Shown: in pieces, positions 25,771-38,830 of the stretch
Layout of the letters: every line of letters starts with the position of its first letter
Position numbering within the stretch: position 1 is the stretch's first letter
Assembly (NCBI GenBank): GCA_002633005.1
Contig: NMRA01000018.1
Span: 774,874-838,873, forward strand
DNA length: 64,000 bases
Reading direction: 5' to 3'
DNA from: Phoronis australis
Taxonomy: Eukaryota; Animalia; Phoronida
Position numbers and translations under genes: made by a program
The notes under the pieces: generated by a model
Databases searched by the model: none
Told to the model about the DNA's origin: nothing
The model's input: only the letters and a program-made list of their open reading frames with translations

Positions 25771-28700
25771 TGAGTGTGTAAGCCGAGTTGTTTGGGTAGC
25801 CAGGGAATACGTTCAAAGGCACAGTATTATACTGTATGCCGCCGTGTTTTTGCGTCAAGTGCCTATGCTGCCTGGATAACATCCACACCTCTGCATAAAT
25901 AATTCTCAGCAAAAATAACATTCTTTAAGCAAGCATAATTCCCTAAACCGTCTTTTGTGGCTGAGTTGCAATTCCTTCTCAGTTACTTTCAAAACCTATC
26001 TTGTGTTCCCGGTTTTATTCTACTGGGACTTCCTTCTACAATGTATGATTCCACTGACTTCGAGTCGGGCATAACTGACATGCGTTCAGTAATGCTAGGA
26101 CCTACGGTAGGACCTAGCTAAAATCTAGCCAAAGTCACGTGATCTCATTTAAAATATACGGTAATATTTCACATAATCTCGCAGTCTTGCTTTTTAGCGA
26201 GGTCCAAGCGTTACTGAACGAGAGGCTGTTTGACACTGTTCAGCAACTGTCTTATCAACTTAGGATTTTGGTAAAAACGCTCGCGTCCTTTAAAGCTTTT
26301 TGAAGGCAAATGAGACAAGTGATCATATATTCGGGAAACTTGTACACAACCATCAATCCCGGAAATGACAGAAACAGTTTTTGTTAGACTTAGGTTGGAT
26401 TCTGCAAACAGATGATTCAGAAAACTGAAAATACCTAGCAGGTAACTTTGTACACACCAGTGCCAGCAGGCTCAGCAAAGCTAAACATACACTTAAAACA
26501 ATGTGTTGAATTACAATCTGCCTAATAACCATATATTCCAAACGAATGATGATATCAAAACATATTCTTGCAAAATACATACCAAACTCAATACATTTTG
26601 CTGGAGCCACACGGGTTGTCTCGGACACAGCAGACGAAGGAAATTGATAAATGACCTACCACGGGTATTTTACGAGCCATCTTTGGTATGTGTGGCCTAA
26701 ATCTGGTATTTTAATGAATTATTGTCGATTTCCATATTGCATGAGACCTTTCTTTTGACGTCGCGTGTAAACAATGACCGATAAAAGCGAGTTGACAGGA
26801 AGTATGTGAATTACAATTCAAGTAACAAAATCCCGAGTCAATGATGCTAAAAATTCTTAATTCGCGACTTCAAAGTACGACTGCAAAATTTATGGACTAT
26901 ATCAGTTGTCTGGGAAAATGGTGTTGTGTTAAACGGCAACTTGAGAGAGAACACATTTTTGCAGTGTTCATTATTGAAACAGGGAAACAGGTTGACAGTG
27001 GCATATTTTCAATGAAACAAAATGCAACACAAATGGGAATACCTTCACTTTTGCCACAGGACAGAAAATCAGTTTTTCTTAATACATGTATTTTTAGCTA
27101 AAGAAACTGCAACGAACCTATCATTTTCCCCACCTGTTGACGTGTTTTTTATATCTAAAGAAATGTTAGAAAAGAGAACTGTAAGTTTTTGCATTACAAT
27201 GCTAGACGTTTTGTGCTAAATGAGCAAAATGTGCACTCATTTACTAAACACATCAATAATTATTAAAAAATAACATGTGGTGACACTGCAAAACGGTAAT
27301 GTCACTGCTTTGCTGGGAATGCGATTGCCATGATAGAAGTGCGTGTGCAACGGTTTGTACGGTTTCCTAAGGGAAGTTAATGAAAGCAGTTTTCTTCCCT
27401 GTCACATTTCACGTAATGATTTAGTCATCGATAATTCCTCAATCCCCGAATGATATTCCAGATTTTTTGCCGATTTATGACTAGACGTCTCGTCCCGTTC
27501 ACTGATGAACTCTGAATGCCTATACTATAAATAGTGTTTTAACTCAAGCGCCAAATGTCAGCTAACTTGATACATCCCGGTAAAATGCAAAGATACAGCA
27601 TCAAAGCTTTGACATCTGCATATGCCTACACGGCAATGGGTTCTATGCAAGAGATAACAGAGGTCCAAATGTCGACTAGGAGTTTTGCCGGGGCTGACGT
27701 GGACAACCGGTTTACTAGAAAAGAACACCACCGCTGGCAATTAAGGTACAAACTTTTAAATTCGACCTCCCGTCAAAGAAAATGTGCAATTCGAACTCTC
27801 CCTTAAAAACGTTGGTTTCAGGCCTGTGATATGGTACCCGACTCCTGTACTGGGGTCACCAGCCCACCACTGCATTAATAAAAAGGATAATTTCAATATG
27901 CCGTCAATCGTTGGTGTGACCATGCCAATTTTAGGAGTAATGAGTCAAGTGTAGGCCGGAGAGAATGAGCCCTGACTGAATCAGTCACTGAGATTTTGGC
28001 TGCTCCGCTCCGGCCGACTGACTTTCTTTGATAAGCTGTTTCAAATTTCTTGAGACATTTTCTGGCGGGAGATAAAGAACTCGGGAAGTAGAGCTTAATA
28101 GTTGGCAAATGTATCCATAAATGGTAGGATAATATTGTATTGAACAGTTACAGAACACTCAGCATTCCACGTTATACTCTTGTAATTGTAGCGAGCGCGG
28201 ACGATAACATAGTTGCTAGGGTAGTCGATGCGAATATAGGGAGCGCTGAATCAGCGCGACTTTTCGTGGTTTTGCATTTCACATCATAACTGAAAAGTTC
28301 TATAGCAACTGAAGTACGATTCTCAGATTTGAGTACGCGTTTGGAGTCTACTCGAAATGTGACATTAAATACGCTTTTTCGATTAGGCCTACGACTCCAG
28401 TGAGCACGATTTTGAGTATGAAATCTCGAGTATGAGTATGAGCCTGACGGAGATTGCAGACCGAGCCCCGGAGTCACAGTCGACGAGCTGGGATGCGGCA
28501 ACGTTGAGTTAATTCATTTACCGAAACATTTCCATAATAAAATCAGTTGCATGCTTTCTGCACAAGTCATTCGTTTATAATTAATTTTTGGATAAGAATT
28601 CAAATAAAATAACTTTATTGACCGCTTCTGTGCTAAGCATTCGTTACAACACCCAGCAACACTGTACACAATCGGTTGTCAAGCGATAGAGGCATACATT

Positions 28701-29315
28701 TCCCATAATGCAACTACGGCGGCAAATTCAAGATGGCGGGTTTGCACATTCGCTATGGAACTACTTCCACTAATCGCTGCGCCACCTGCGGGATCAAGCT
28801 GACAACAATATAGTGTCGGCAACACACTCACAGCTTGAGAGAGACAGAGAACACACATTTCAACTAATTCAATTATTCATTGTAATAGAAACGCCATCAT
28901 TCCAATTTCCTTGCAACTATGAAATTATCCTTTATAGATCAAAATGCGGTCTGTTCCTAAACAACGACAACTTTAGACATAATTTTATTAATTACATAAT
29001 TCACCTCTGTGTTCCTGTGGAGACATTCAGACAATTGATCTCTGTGTTCCGGTGGAGACATTCAGACAAATGCTCTTTGCTTGTGCGGTATTCGGAGAGC
29101 AGAGAGCACAGCTTTTCCAGACACTCGCACAATGCCCCAATGTTTACAAAAAATACCCAGACCTTCCTCAAATGTACAACATTTTTTTCTAAATGGATGT
29201 AAAAGAACTCGACCTAAATGAAAATAAGGTTTTATTCCAAATAGTTTCAAATTTCTTGTCAATATAAAATCTCTCTGAGTGAGTCGACAAAACCGTATAG
29301 ATGTAAAATAACTTA

Positions 29316-30707
29316 AGGAGCATGCCACCCAAAAAAACAACCTAATTTGTATCAATTTAGATCGAATAGTTCTACTCCATAACGACACGTACGGTTGCGT
29401 TACCTGACACCTGACGGCAGACGGAGGTGTTGAAATTATCCAATGACGTCATCGGTTTCACACGCAGTCTGTTCAGCAGTTCACAACACGGGTTACTGGT
29501 GTCAGCTTATCGCTTGAAGTCATCGTTTAACACCAATAAATCATCAAACTTCGNGACTCCGCGTTATCCCTGCCAGTGGCTCGGAAACTGATCAGACATC
29601 ACTGACATAAACCAGCCAAAGTTCAGTTTAAACTAAACTTCCAGTCAAGAAAAGTACTATACTATACTGATCCAAAGTAATGTGCACGCGATTATGTTGG
29701 TGAATTAGCCACGAAACTGCAAATCTACTTACTCGTCGGGGGCCGCGCGAATTCAGGTTCCGCTTTGGCCACAGCACCGTCAGGCCAGAAGTTGTACATT
29801 GACAATCATTATTTGAGTAACGTAATGGTAAATAAAGATTCCCCTAACACCTGGCCGTGGGATGGAAATCGAGTTGTTTCACAACAGTTTCTGCGAGCAA
29901 ACTCTAAATTAACATGAGCTCACACGGCCTAGGTGTCCCGTCAATTAGTTTTACTGCACCTAAAGCCGGTAACGCAGTAATTTATTCATTGATAGCTTCT
30001 CAAATCATTTGCACTCACGAACACCCCAAAGGCATAACAAACTGCATCGAATGAGACAGACTTTGTTTCAGTTTTATATAAGTATTGGTTAGGGTGAGAA
30101 TAATTCATTTGAAACAGAACGCCCAGTAATAAACGCCAACATGGCATCTCGCAATCCCGACTTAGGACGAGCTACTTTAGAGCTCATCAGTGCCGACTTC
30201 GCAGGAGGATCGTTAAGTTTTACAGGCTATCAATTCGAACAGGAATACAGTGATGAAGAAATACTAGAGAGGCGCCGTGAACAAGCTCAGACAACGGAAC
30301 GAATGGAGTTATTTGGTAAGCCGACATTCGTCAGGCACTGTCGACGTCTGCAGGACACATACACGGAAAGGTTTAACGGCCTCATACTTGCTATTTACAG
30401 CGTACATTTCATTATTCACTACCATGAGTCACTTCTTAAGCATTTCGGACTCTCGAGCAAGTAAAAAAAACCCATATACCCACTTTCCTCGCAGCTGCTT
30501 AGTTCGGACTAGTGGGAACGATGCTCCGCAACATTGCGGCATTCACTCTGCATATGAACCACTGACGACGCTAGCGTCGTTTTTCACCTTCCTCACAGGT
30601 TAACGCGACACCTCTTGGCATGGTAAGATCGATCGTGTGCGAGGCAATGTGGATATAGACCGATTAAGACGGCAAAAAAGACTAATTAAATCGGATGGCA
30701 TTCTCCT
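29316..30707 (+). mobile_element. Kolobok-like non-autonomous DNA transposon, copy 1
   Basis: TIR aggagcatgccacc / ggatggcattctcct with TTAA at both ends. Highly similar to 57708-59393. Confidence 0.8.
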
Positions 30708-31384
30708 TTAATGTGTATGAAAATGATTTATTTATATTCGTAATCATATGTCAATCTAATCTTAACGTCAGTTTATTAGTTTCAGTATTTGTGTATCATG
30801 GGGCTATTCGACGCGGTGTCCCTCAAGTACTAGTGGTGATTGAATTGTCAAGCATAGTTGTCTGCATGTAAACAGTAAAAGGTGTTTCTGGCATCTAAGA
30901 AAAACGGACATTCAAACAGAAAATGTAGTTCAGTTTCGACCTGACCAGTGTGACAAAGACAGGAAATTCTGTCAAATAGTTTTACACATAGGCAAATCAA
31001 ATGCAATCAAAGGGAATACTTCGGTTTGATCGCCGGAATTTCTATAGGTCAACAGACAAAATGACAATTCCCAAGCGTAAACGGTAATTACTTCAGCTTT
31101 ATAAGGAAGAAGCACAATTGCACTGTCTGGGGCTTTAAAACTGCCTGTTGATGAAAATTTTTTTCGATCATCAAAGTGTAAAATTAACGGGCTTTTTACT
31201 GACCATAAGACAATCGATGCAGTATCTGAATGCCATTTCCGCATAATGCGTACCAAGTTCAAAAGTTTTTACCATTAGTATAAAGCCTTTCTTCTGAAAG
31301 GAAAAGTTAACGTCACTCAGTGAGAAAGGACATGTATTATACCAGATGGTTTTGGTTTTCATTTCGCTGGGATCGAGTTTCAAT

Positions 31385-31905
31385 GGCCTTCAGAAGCGCT
31401 TGTAAAAAAGATCCAGTTTTGGCATGTGGCTTTCCTTCACGGTACCTGATTCAGCCTCAGTAAAGTCCACAATTAGATCCTTGAAGATAAACACAACATC
31501 ATATCACTTGACTCGGCTTTGTGCCCAAAATCTGAGCCTGAACTAGACCAGAGTGTTACTAGGTCTTCGTTAGGTTCAGTCCCTCATGTATCTTCTAGGA
31601 AAGGAAATAAACCATTGTTGTCCATACATCACTCAATGCCTATGAACGGGCATCCTCACCAATGAGGCTGGCTGGTGTATCAGTCAGATATAGTTCTTCT
31701 TCACACACAAACAATCCACTGGCACATTTTCTTATGGTGACTTAGTACTGCGATTCACATTTCTCCAAGGCCACTGCCTTGTACGTTGTGCCATGCAGCA
31801 CTGCTGGTGTGTGGACGACATGCTGTGGGAAGAGAAAGGAGTAACAAAGCTTTTTTATGTTGCTGGAAGTGGCTTTTAAAATGTCACTGAACCTGGAACA
31901 AATAC
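31385..31905 (-). pseudogene. YqaJ/lambda-exonuclease-like coding remnant (ISL2EU second ORF)
   Basis: ICSRFSDILKAT...HTPAVLHGTTYKAVALEKCE; SGLFVCEEELYLTDTPASLIGED (compare GLFV...L.ASPDGL); C-terminal MPKLDLFYKRF. Stops and frameshifts are present. Confidence 0.65.
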
Positions 31906-33487
31906 TGAAACATGAATAATTAAGTAAGTCAGGTTGGATCAAAATGTTGCCCTTGTTTATCAAAAATATGATATGGCAAATGCTTTACAATTTCACACAA
32001 AATTAAATAATTACTGTTTCCAGAAAGCAAGGGTATATATAAGTATTGATTTGTATAGGACTGCGTCTTTATTTTCCATTCCCAGCCATAACAATGCTGT
32101 AAACGCATCACTTGTCAGCAAAATATGCAAGTTACTTGAGACAACTTCAAACCTTTGTTACTCATTTTCACACCTTTTGGTTTTTGATACTTTCAGCAAT
32201 TTTAAACACCGATTACAGATTCATGAGTCTGTCAAGCACACTTCTGGTCTAAGACTGAGGGAACCGTTTCTCAGATTTTTATTTTTCTTCTAATAGAGGT
32301 TATGAAAACTTGGGTCACTTAAAAAAATGACAGATAATCTTTCTGTTGTTTAAAAGTAATTAAAAATCCCAAGGCACTATTATTTGATTATTGGCAGTAA
32401 GAATAATATGTTCAAATATGACCTCACTCGTATGTTCATATTAAAAAAACAATTTTCACAAAAATGACAGTCATATGAATTTATAAATGACTTGCAACAT
32501 TTCAAGGCATAAGTAAAGGATAGTAAAACAGTTCCATGAAACGTGAAAGAACTTCATAAAGAATACCCTGTTGAAATGAAGTTAATAAACTATGAAATAT
32601 TCATGACAAGTCATGAACAGTTCATGATCCAAGTTCATGAATTGTTCATGAGCTTTTTGTTCATACAATGGAAGTTAAGATAATCTATTCTGTTCGAACG
32701 TACCAACGCACTGGGTTTGACTGTGTTCACATGTGATCGGTAATAAAACTAGTAGATAATTGATCAGCATGTTGTCATACCAGACAAAAGACTGTGCTCG
32801 GAAGTTTACAAAAGGGCTAGATGTTATCACACGCTAACAACCGCTGTACCTCTGGTAAAGTCACGGGACGGGAGAACGCCATAATAAACTTTAAAAACCT
32901 GTCACTTATCAATATGACTCCAATGAGGAAATTTTCAACAATGTTAATTCACACTTAATTTACACTCCCATTAAATGCGACCGGGTATTTCAATTTTACG
33001 TAGTTACCCGGGGTCATTTTCAATACTGAAAACTAAGACCCAAGGAGTGTACTAGTACAGAAGAGTTCACTCCGCCATAACACTAGAGCCCCAAACGGTA
33101 AATAATCAACAATTAGTTAGGAGCGCAGTCCGAACAATGTAGACACTGATAAATTCATACTTTAATGACATTCAACGTGCAATAAAACTACTGTGTGATT
33201 GAAAATCGTTAGAGCACATAAACTTACATCCACTTACAATAGAATGAAAAAGAAAATAAAGAAAATGTGTATTTTAATCAACAGTGTTTTTGTTTTGTTC
33301 TCTTGAAGCTCCCTTCAAAATCCATCATGGCTTTATTTCATGTTTGAATTCTTAAGACGGCAATTATCGTTCCTTTTAACAGTTCATACCACCATGGACT
33401 ACATAATTTGAATGATTGCTCCTGGGGGTTCAGAGGGGAATTTCCCCCAGGTGCCAGCTAAGGGGGTACCACGCAGAAACCAGGTGG

Positions 33488-33526
33488 CTCCCATGTAACC
33501 CCCCTCCCAGGGGGGTTACATGGGAG
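33488..33526. repeat. Perfect 18-bp hairpin with 3-nt loop
   Basis: ctcccatgtaacccccct-ccc-aggggggttacatgggag. Confidence 0.9.
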
Positions 33527-34649
33527 GAGTGCTAAACAGGTAAAAACCAATGGGTATGTATACCACATGGGTGTTGAACCCATCCCATCGTCACACATTT
33601 TGGTTGCACCCCTGACCATTGACAAAAGTGTTGCTCCCAGCTCACTGCTGGTTTCATCTCCACCCAACAATTTCGCATGTGTTCCCTATTCAATGCACCA
33701 GGCTACTAGCAATGCAGACAATTGTTTTGTGCAGTGGGTGTTACACACGTGAGAAGAAGAAAGCAAGGCAATTCATCACTACCACAAAATCGTAATACAA
33801 TTTTAGAACATTCCATTATTTCTTAGACATGGCAGTATAGGGCTCAATCCCACTCTCCCACTCACCAACAGTTACAAGTCACTTGCTAATCTGTAGAATA
33901 GCTCACAACTTACAAAATGAAGTAGCATTGAGTATATAATCAATCATAACTAGTCAAAGTTCAAAAGATGACAAAGCATTAAGAGGTACTGAACAGCAAT
34001 CAAAATATTCACTACCCACATAGCTTCATACAAAATTGAATTAAAAAGTCTTGGATGATAAAACCAAAATTTTATTTTATATACCCACTGTTCCTATTAT
34101 CAATAACAGTAAATATTTCAGGTAAGTTTAAGCCAGATCACAAGGTCATATCTGATACCGCTAGCTACAACTGGGGCTTAAATTAATCACAATTTCCAAA
34201 AACGTACAAAATAGGCAACACATACACCAACCAATACAACAATAAAATCTGACCAACCTTGTCACTCTCTATTAATTCACTACTAAACAACAGCACTTTT
34301 CGCCAAAGAAGTGCGTTATAAATAAAGCTGAAAACTAATTTACTCACAGAGGTGTTTGTCATCGAGAAGCAAAATGATACGGATAGCTTGGGTTTAACAA
34401 AATTTCAGCCCACCACTCAAACTCTGAATGATCCATCAGTTTCACTTTGGCTCTCTCCAAATCACAGGCTAACCATTCATAAAATGTTTCAATCTGATCA
34501 ACCTTAGTAAAATACGAAAACCAGATTTTGACTAATTGTCCTTTCTACTCGTGATGTTCCACTGAACTTGCTTTGTGAGACAATAATTAGAAATGCAAAA
34601 AGCCTATTCCAGAGCTGTAATATAATTTCCGGAGACATTTTTGACCCTG

Positions 34650-35583
34650 ACATCTTCATTTTTGGTGGAATCCGCACATCAAATATAGTTCGGGCACTGC
34701 AGTCAATACCAGCTTGTTCTTCATGAACATGGACTCCTCGAAGTGATGAGAGCATGACTTACAGTTCTTGGACAAATAGGCTGCATTTCTATTCATAAGG
34801 TCAGCTCCCAGCGCTTGCACCTCAACAGAAATCAATGACTGAGAGACTCAGGAACTAACCTCATACTCACTAGGCTCACAGAAGATTGGTAGCCTACACT
34901 TAAGTACACTACACTACAGAATTCCTATTGTAGTGTGATTGTAATAGAGACAAAAGCGTTTTGGTGTCAACTGAAAAAAAAACTCTGACTCAAATGTTGA
35001 TCCACTGATATTTTAATAGGGCCGCGCATCCGCATCATTGACACATAGAATTAAGTTTTCAATGACGCACTGCTTAATTTAATTAGTCCAACTGGCACAT
35101 TAAAATTATGTTGATTTTTTCACCTTTTCACCGAGACTCACAGATTCTCTAACTTGACTCATGACAGACTTGTGGCCCTGTGGCTGTGATTGTGCCATGG
35201 CAGTGTCACCAGTCATATTACTCATGGTCATGGGCATGGGTATATTTTCCTAAAATTATCCTTGTGATCGTACGGGTGGCATTTTGATTTGGAATTCATG
35301 GACTGTAAGTAACCAAAAAGCTGACGATCACATCGTACGTTCATCATAGTCCTTCCGCCGGCAGCCCGGCTGTACAGTAGGCCTAGCCTACACTGCAGAC
35401 AACAGTGGCAACGGGACTGCGATCGACTTGTCTAACAACCGTGAACAGAACACACAAAATGAAAGCCAATAACAGATACTCCTTGCCTTTCTGGATCCTT
35501 AGGAAACCTAAAAACGACACGTCTGGGGTTTTCGTGGATGAATTCATGCAATTTATCGCACTGCAAAATGCGTCCTTCCCCAT
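34650..35583 (-). pseudogene. Spliced THAP zinc-finger pseudogene (transposase N-terminus), two exons
   Basis: Exon 1 (35583-35487) reads MGKDAFCSAINCMNSSTKTPDVSF/fs/RFPKDPER. Exon 2 from 34820 reads CKRW.../fs/...CKSCSHHFEESMFMKNKLVLTAVP/fs/TIFDV. All THAP signature residues (C2CH, P, W, F, AVPTIF) are present. Confidence 0.8.
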
Positions 35584-38500
35584 TATTTTGGCGCTTCCTG
35601 GCTGACAGTTCCTTAGCCACCACTTAATTGGCGGCGCTAGTGTTAGCGGTAACAGCGAACTCACAAGTGAACTCTCCTATACTACTACACTCCTTGCTAA
35701 GACTTACTGGGGTACAACAAAAGTACGTCCCAAGTGAGCAGCACGTCTCCTGGATATAATGTATTTGCATCGAGCGACACGAATTACATTATAAATTTGC
35801 GTTACAATAAGTGCTACATCACATGTTTTTGTACACTTCTGGAAAAAATCACACTCTTCGGCATCTTTATTTGTTAGATATTGCGCTTTGAAAAGAGCAA
35901 TTTGCCCCGTTTGTTTACATTGCAATTAGCCGTGTCACATGACTAGTAGCACTCTCCAATATGGCGTCATGTTGTCAGCTGCAGTTAGCGCGTGCGCCCG
36001 GTCTATAGTATTAAGATGTCTATGGCTAGGTCTTTAAAATTTTGGGGCTCCCTCAGTTCACACCCAACTTAAGGTAAACATTATATGTAGGATCCTCGAA
36101 AATGTGGTCGAATTTGGCCATTTTCAGAACAATCTCAAAAATAGCTGATTGGATCCATCAGACCAGTGACATATGCACTGTTCCCCAACATGCTGTTAGC
36201 AATTGTTTTATAAATTTTCCGCTTTTGCACGACAGGCTATCACAAATAGACTTTACTTACTCATAGACAGATTTAGGGGGGAGCAAGGGGCCCGTCCCTC
36301 CATGGGGGGCAGGGGACCCGTCCCCCCAGGGCCCGCCCAACACCCTCTTGGCTGCTGCCAGAAAAATAAAACGGCGATGAACATGCGGCTGAAACAAGAC
36401 TTAGCAAGGGCTCTCCCGTTTTTTTAGTCCTCCATTCCGCGTGGTTGCCCTAGACAAGATGTTGCCTACCCTTATGATATCCAAGACCTGTCACTGTTAC
36501 TAACTTTTATGAAAAAAGTTGCATGAAACGAAAATGATGAGATTTCATTGTGAACATTTATGTCAAACAAATTTGGTCATGCATTTTGATACTGTTAATT
36601 GCTATTGACGTATACCTTTCTTTTTTGCTAAGTTTAAAAGTCATACAGTCACATGACCCAACTGAAAGCAGCTTAATTGGTACAATGTCAAAAATCAAAT
36701 TCTACATGCTTTCTAACTTTTAGAAAATATATAAATAACAAATTTGACCCTTTTTCTAACCATGGCTGAATTGCAAAAGACAAAGTAAATTGCCAGTAAT
36801 AATATAAAGACAATTTCAACAACCTCCTACTCCTAAAACAACAATTTCAAACTGAGAAAAATGTTTATTAGAAGGGATCTTATTGGTCTACTTGGTTTGC
36901 TCTAAAGTGACAGCCACCAGCTGGTGTTTGACAACAGCCGAGCACCATCCACAGGCTGCCATGTCGCATGGAAATCCCCCGGCATTACCCCCGGCGAATA
37001 GATCAGGATGAGCCCGAAACCTACGTAGTCAAATAACCTTATTTCAATACACAATTGTTAAGGACATGGAGACAGCAATTAGTCCTACATAGTTGGTCCT
37101 CCAGTTTACCACAGAAGAAATGTGACTATTTCAGTGACTTTGTGAAGCATCTTCCATCTGACTGGATCTAATTTATTTTCAGACTGTCTGATTGATTTGC
37201 CTTTAGCCCAGACATTGTTCATTGCTAAATATTTGTTGCTTAAGGTATTTTGTTAGATTGTGGTAAAAAATCTTCAGCTTGGGACATAAATTTCTCAACA
37301 AGAGTAAATTTTCAGGAAAAATTACTTTACTTTACTTTACTTTAGTTTTAGCATGGTTTGTAAGGCATGGCTATTACAAACTAATATTTGGTAAAATTTT
37401 GAAATATTTGCAAGTAAGCATCTGTAAAACAGAAACATGACAATTTAGCAAATTATTTCGTCTCAAATTAAAAAAAAATTACCTACCTTAATTTTGAAGT
37501 AATTCAAATTTTTGTGTACTCCGTAATGGCTTTACAAACGTTATTTGTGTGAAAATGTTAAATATTAAGTGACGTCAGTTGCACGAAACATATTTGTAAA
37601 TTACGTTCTCATGGATGCAATTGCCACTGAGTGCACTGATTTATAACAGCATGGCATTTATTAGAGACAAAATCATGAAATACACCTAAATGGATTAAGT
37701 TCATGAACTTGACGTTTACGTGCTTTTATTTCATGAATTTTGGTTCATGAACTAGTTCATGAATTTTGGTTCATAAAATATAAATGAGAACGGTTCATGA
37801 ACTAGTTCATGAATTAAGTTCATGATTTTAGTTCATGAACTTTGAGTTCATGAATTGTCTCATTTGTATTTCATGAACATTAATGATCATTCATGAACTT
37901 ATTCATGAATTAGTTCATGAGTAATTCATGAATAGTTCATGAATAGTTCATGAACATTCATGAAGCATTTCAACAGGGCAAGAATTACCTCACTATGCTC
38001 TTTCCTCCGAACACTATTACCTGTTATTTCCACACATTCAGTTGCACCAAATTTTACAACCCCAACCCCCTATGCCAACCTCCCACTAAGGACTTCAATA
38101 AGTAAATTAACAAAATAAGACAACGTATATACCATTCTTTAAAAATAGCGTTGTTCTTTGTCTCCGATATAGAAAGTAGGCTTTGACAACAGATCTGCAC
38201 TGGATAGGAAGATCTTGCTGTTTAGCTGCCTGCACTCGATTCCTTAAAACCAATTTTCGTCCATTCAGGGACGGTTGCAGAAGCGATGCATATCTCCTCT
38301 GCACGGTACTAGCCCTCAAACCTAAAAACCAAAAGTCAGGTGAAAACAGACTTCTTATATTTCCATGTCAACGTGTTATATATTTCCGGAGGACATGGGG
38401 TAGGGAGTAAACAAATAGTCTAATGGATATTTGTCACGTACCCTTTGGGCTTGGATTGTAGTCTTACGTCACTAAAAAATATCGAGTTGACCGCATTAAC

Positions 38501-38746
38501 ATTCTGCATTGGATGATGTAACTGTCACTGATAAACCTGTTAGAAATCATTCCAAACATAAAAAATAATGCTTTGATACACGAAAAGATCCCGAATGCTA
38601 TGTCAAGTATAGTAACACACATCAGTCATCACAACAAATGATGAACAGACTGGCGACTGACGCGAAGTCGACATCAGCCAGTACCCCAATTAACAGGTAT
38701 CAGTATTGTAAGCAGGGAATAACCGCTAAAATAATCACAAACCTTA

Positions 38747-38830
38747 CCTTTGTATAAAGTCATGCTTACTTCCCCTCGCAGAAGCACCCTTTTCACGCAA
38801 TCGCAGATTCAGTTGGCCCGGCTGCAAGCT
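38747..38830 (-). pseudogene. SAP-domain-like first exon of the ISL2EU-like accessory gene
   Basis: QLNLRLREKGASARGSKHDFIQ(R) followed by donor ag|gtaagg. It matches the SAP pattern L..L..RG....G.K..LI.R and lies just inside the right TIR. Confidence 0.55.

Larger units (their letters stand above)
32566..37978. mobile_element. TIR element with CCC...GGG ends and subterminal TTCATGAA palindrome arrays (CACTA/EnSpm-like)
   Basis: Perfect 13-bp TIR ccctgttgaaatg / catttcaacaggg. Dense (g)ttcatgaa repeats at 32595-32655 and 37700-37965. The 2-bp flanks ta/ca are imperfect. Confidence 0.75.

Noticed and set aside
20900-26700. LTR pair flanking the Gypsy-DUF229 unit
   Set aside because: No direct repeat was found by eye between 20.9-21.5 kb and 25.8-26.7 kb, so the element's boundaries are unsupported.
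29554-29554. Apparent ~300-bp deletion in Kolobok copy 1 relative to copy 2
   Set aside because: It coincides exactly with an N, so it is probably a collapsed assembly join rather than a real deletion.
37700-37965. Regular short palindromic repeats resembling a CRISPR or operator array
   Set aside because: The units are 8-13 bp with no unique spacers, they sit next to a TIR, and the context is eukaryotic, so they are subterminal transposon repeats.
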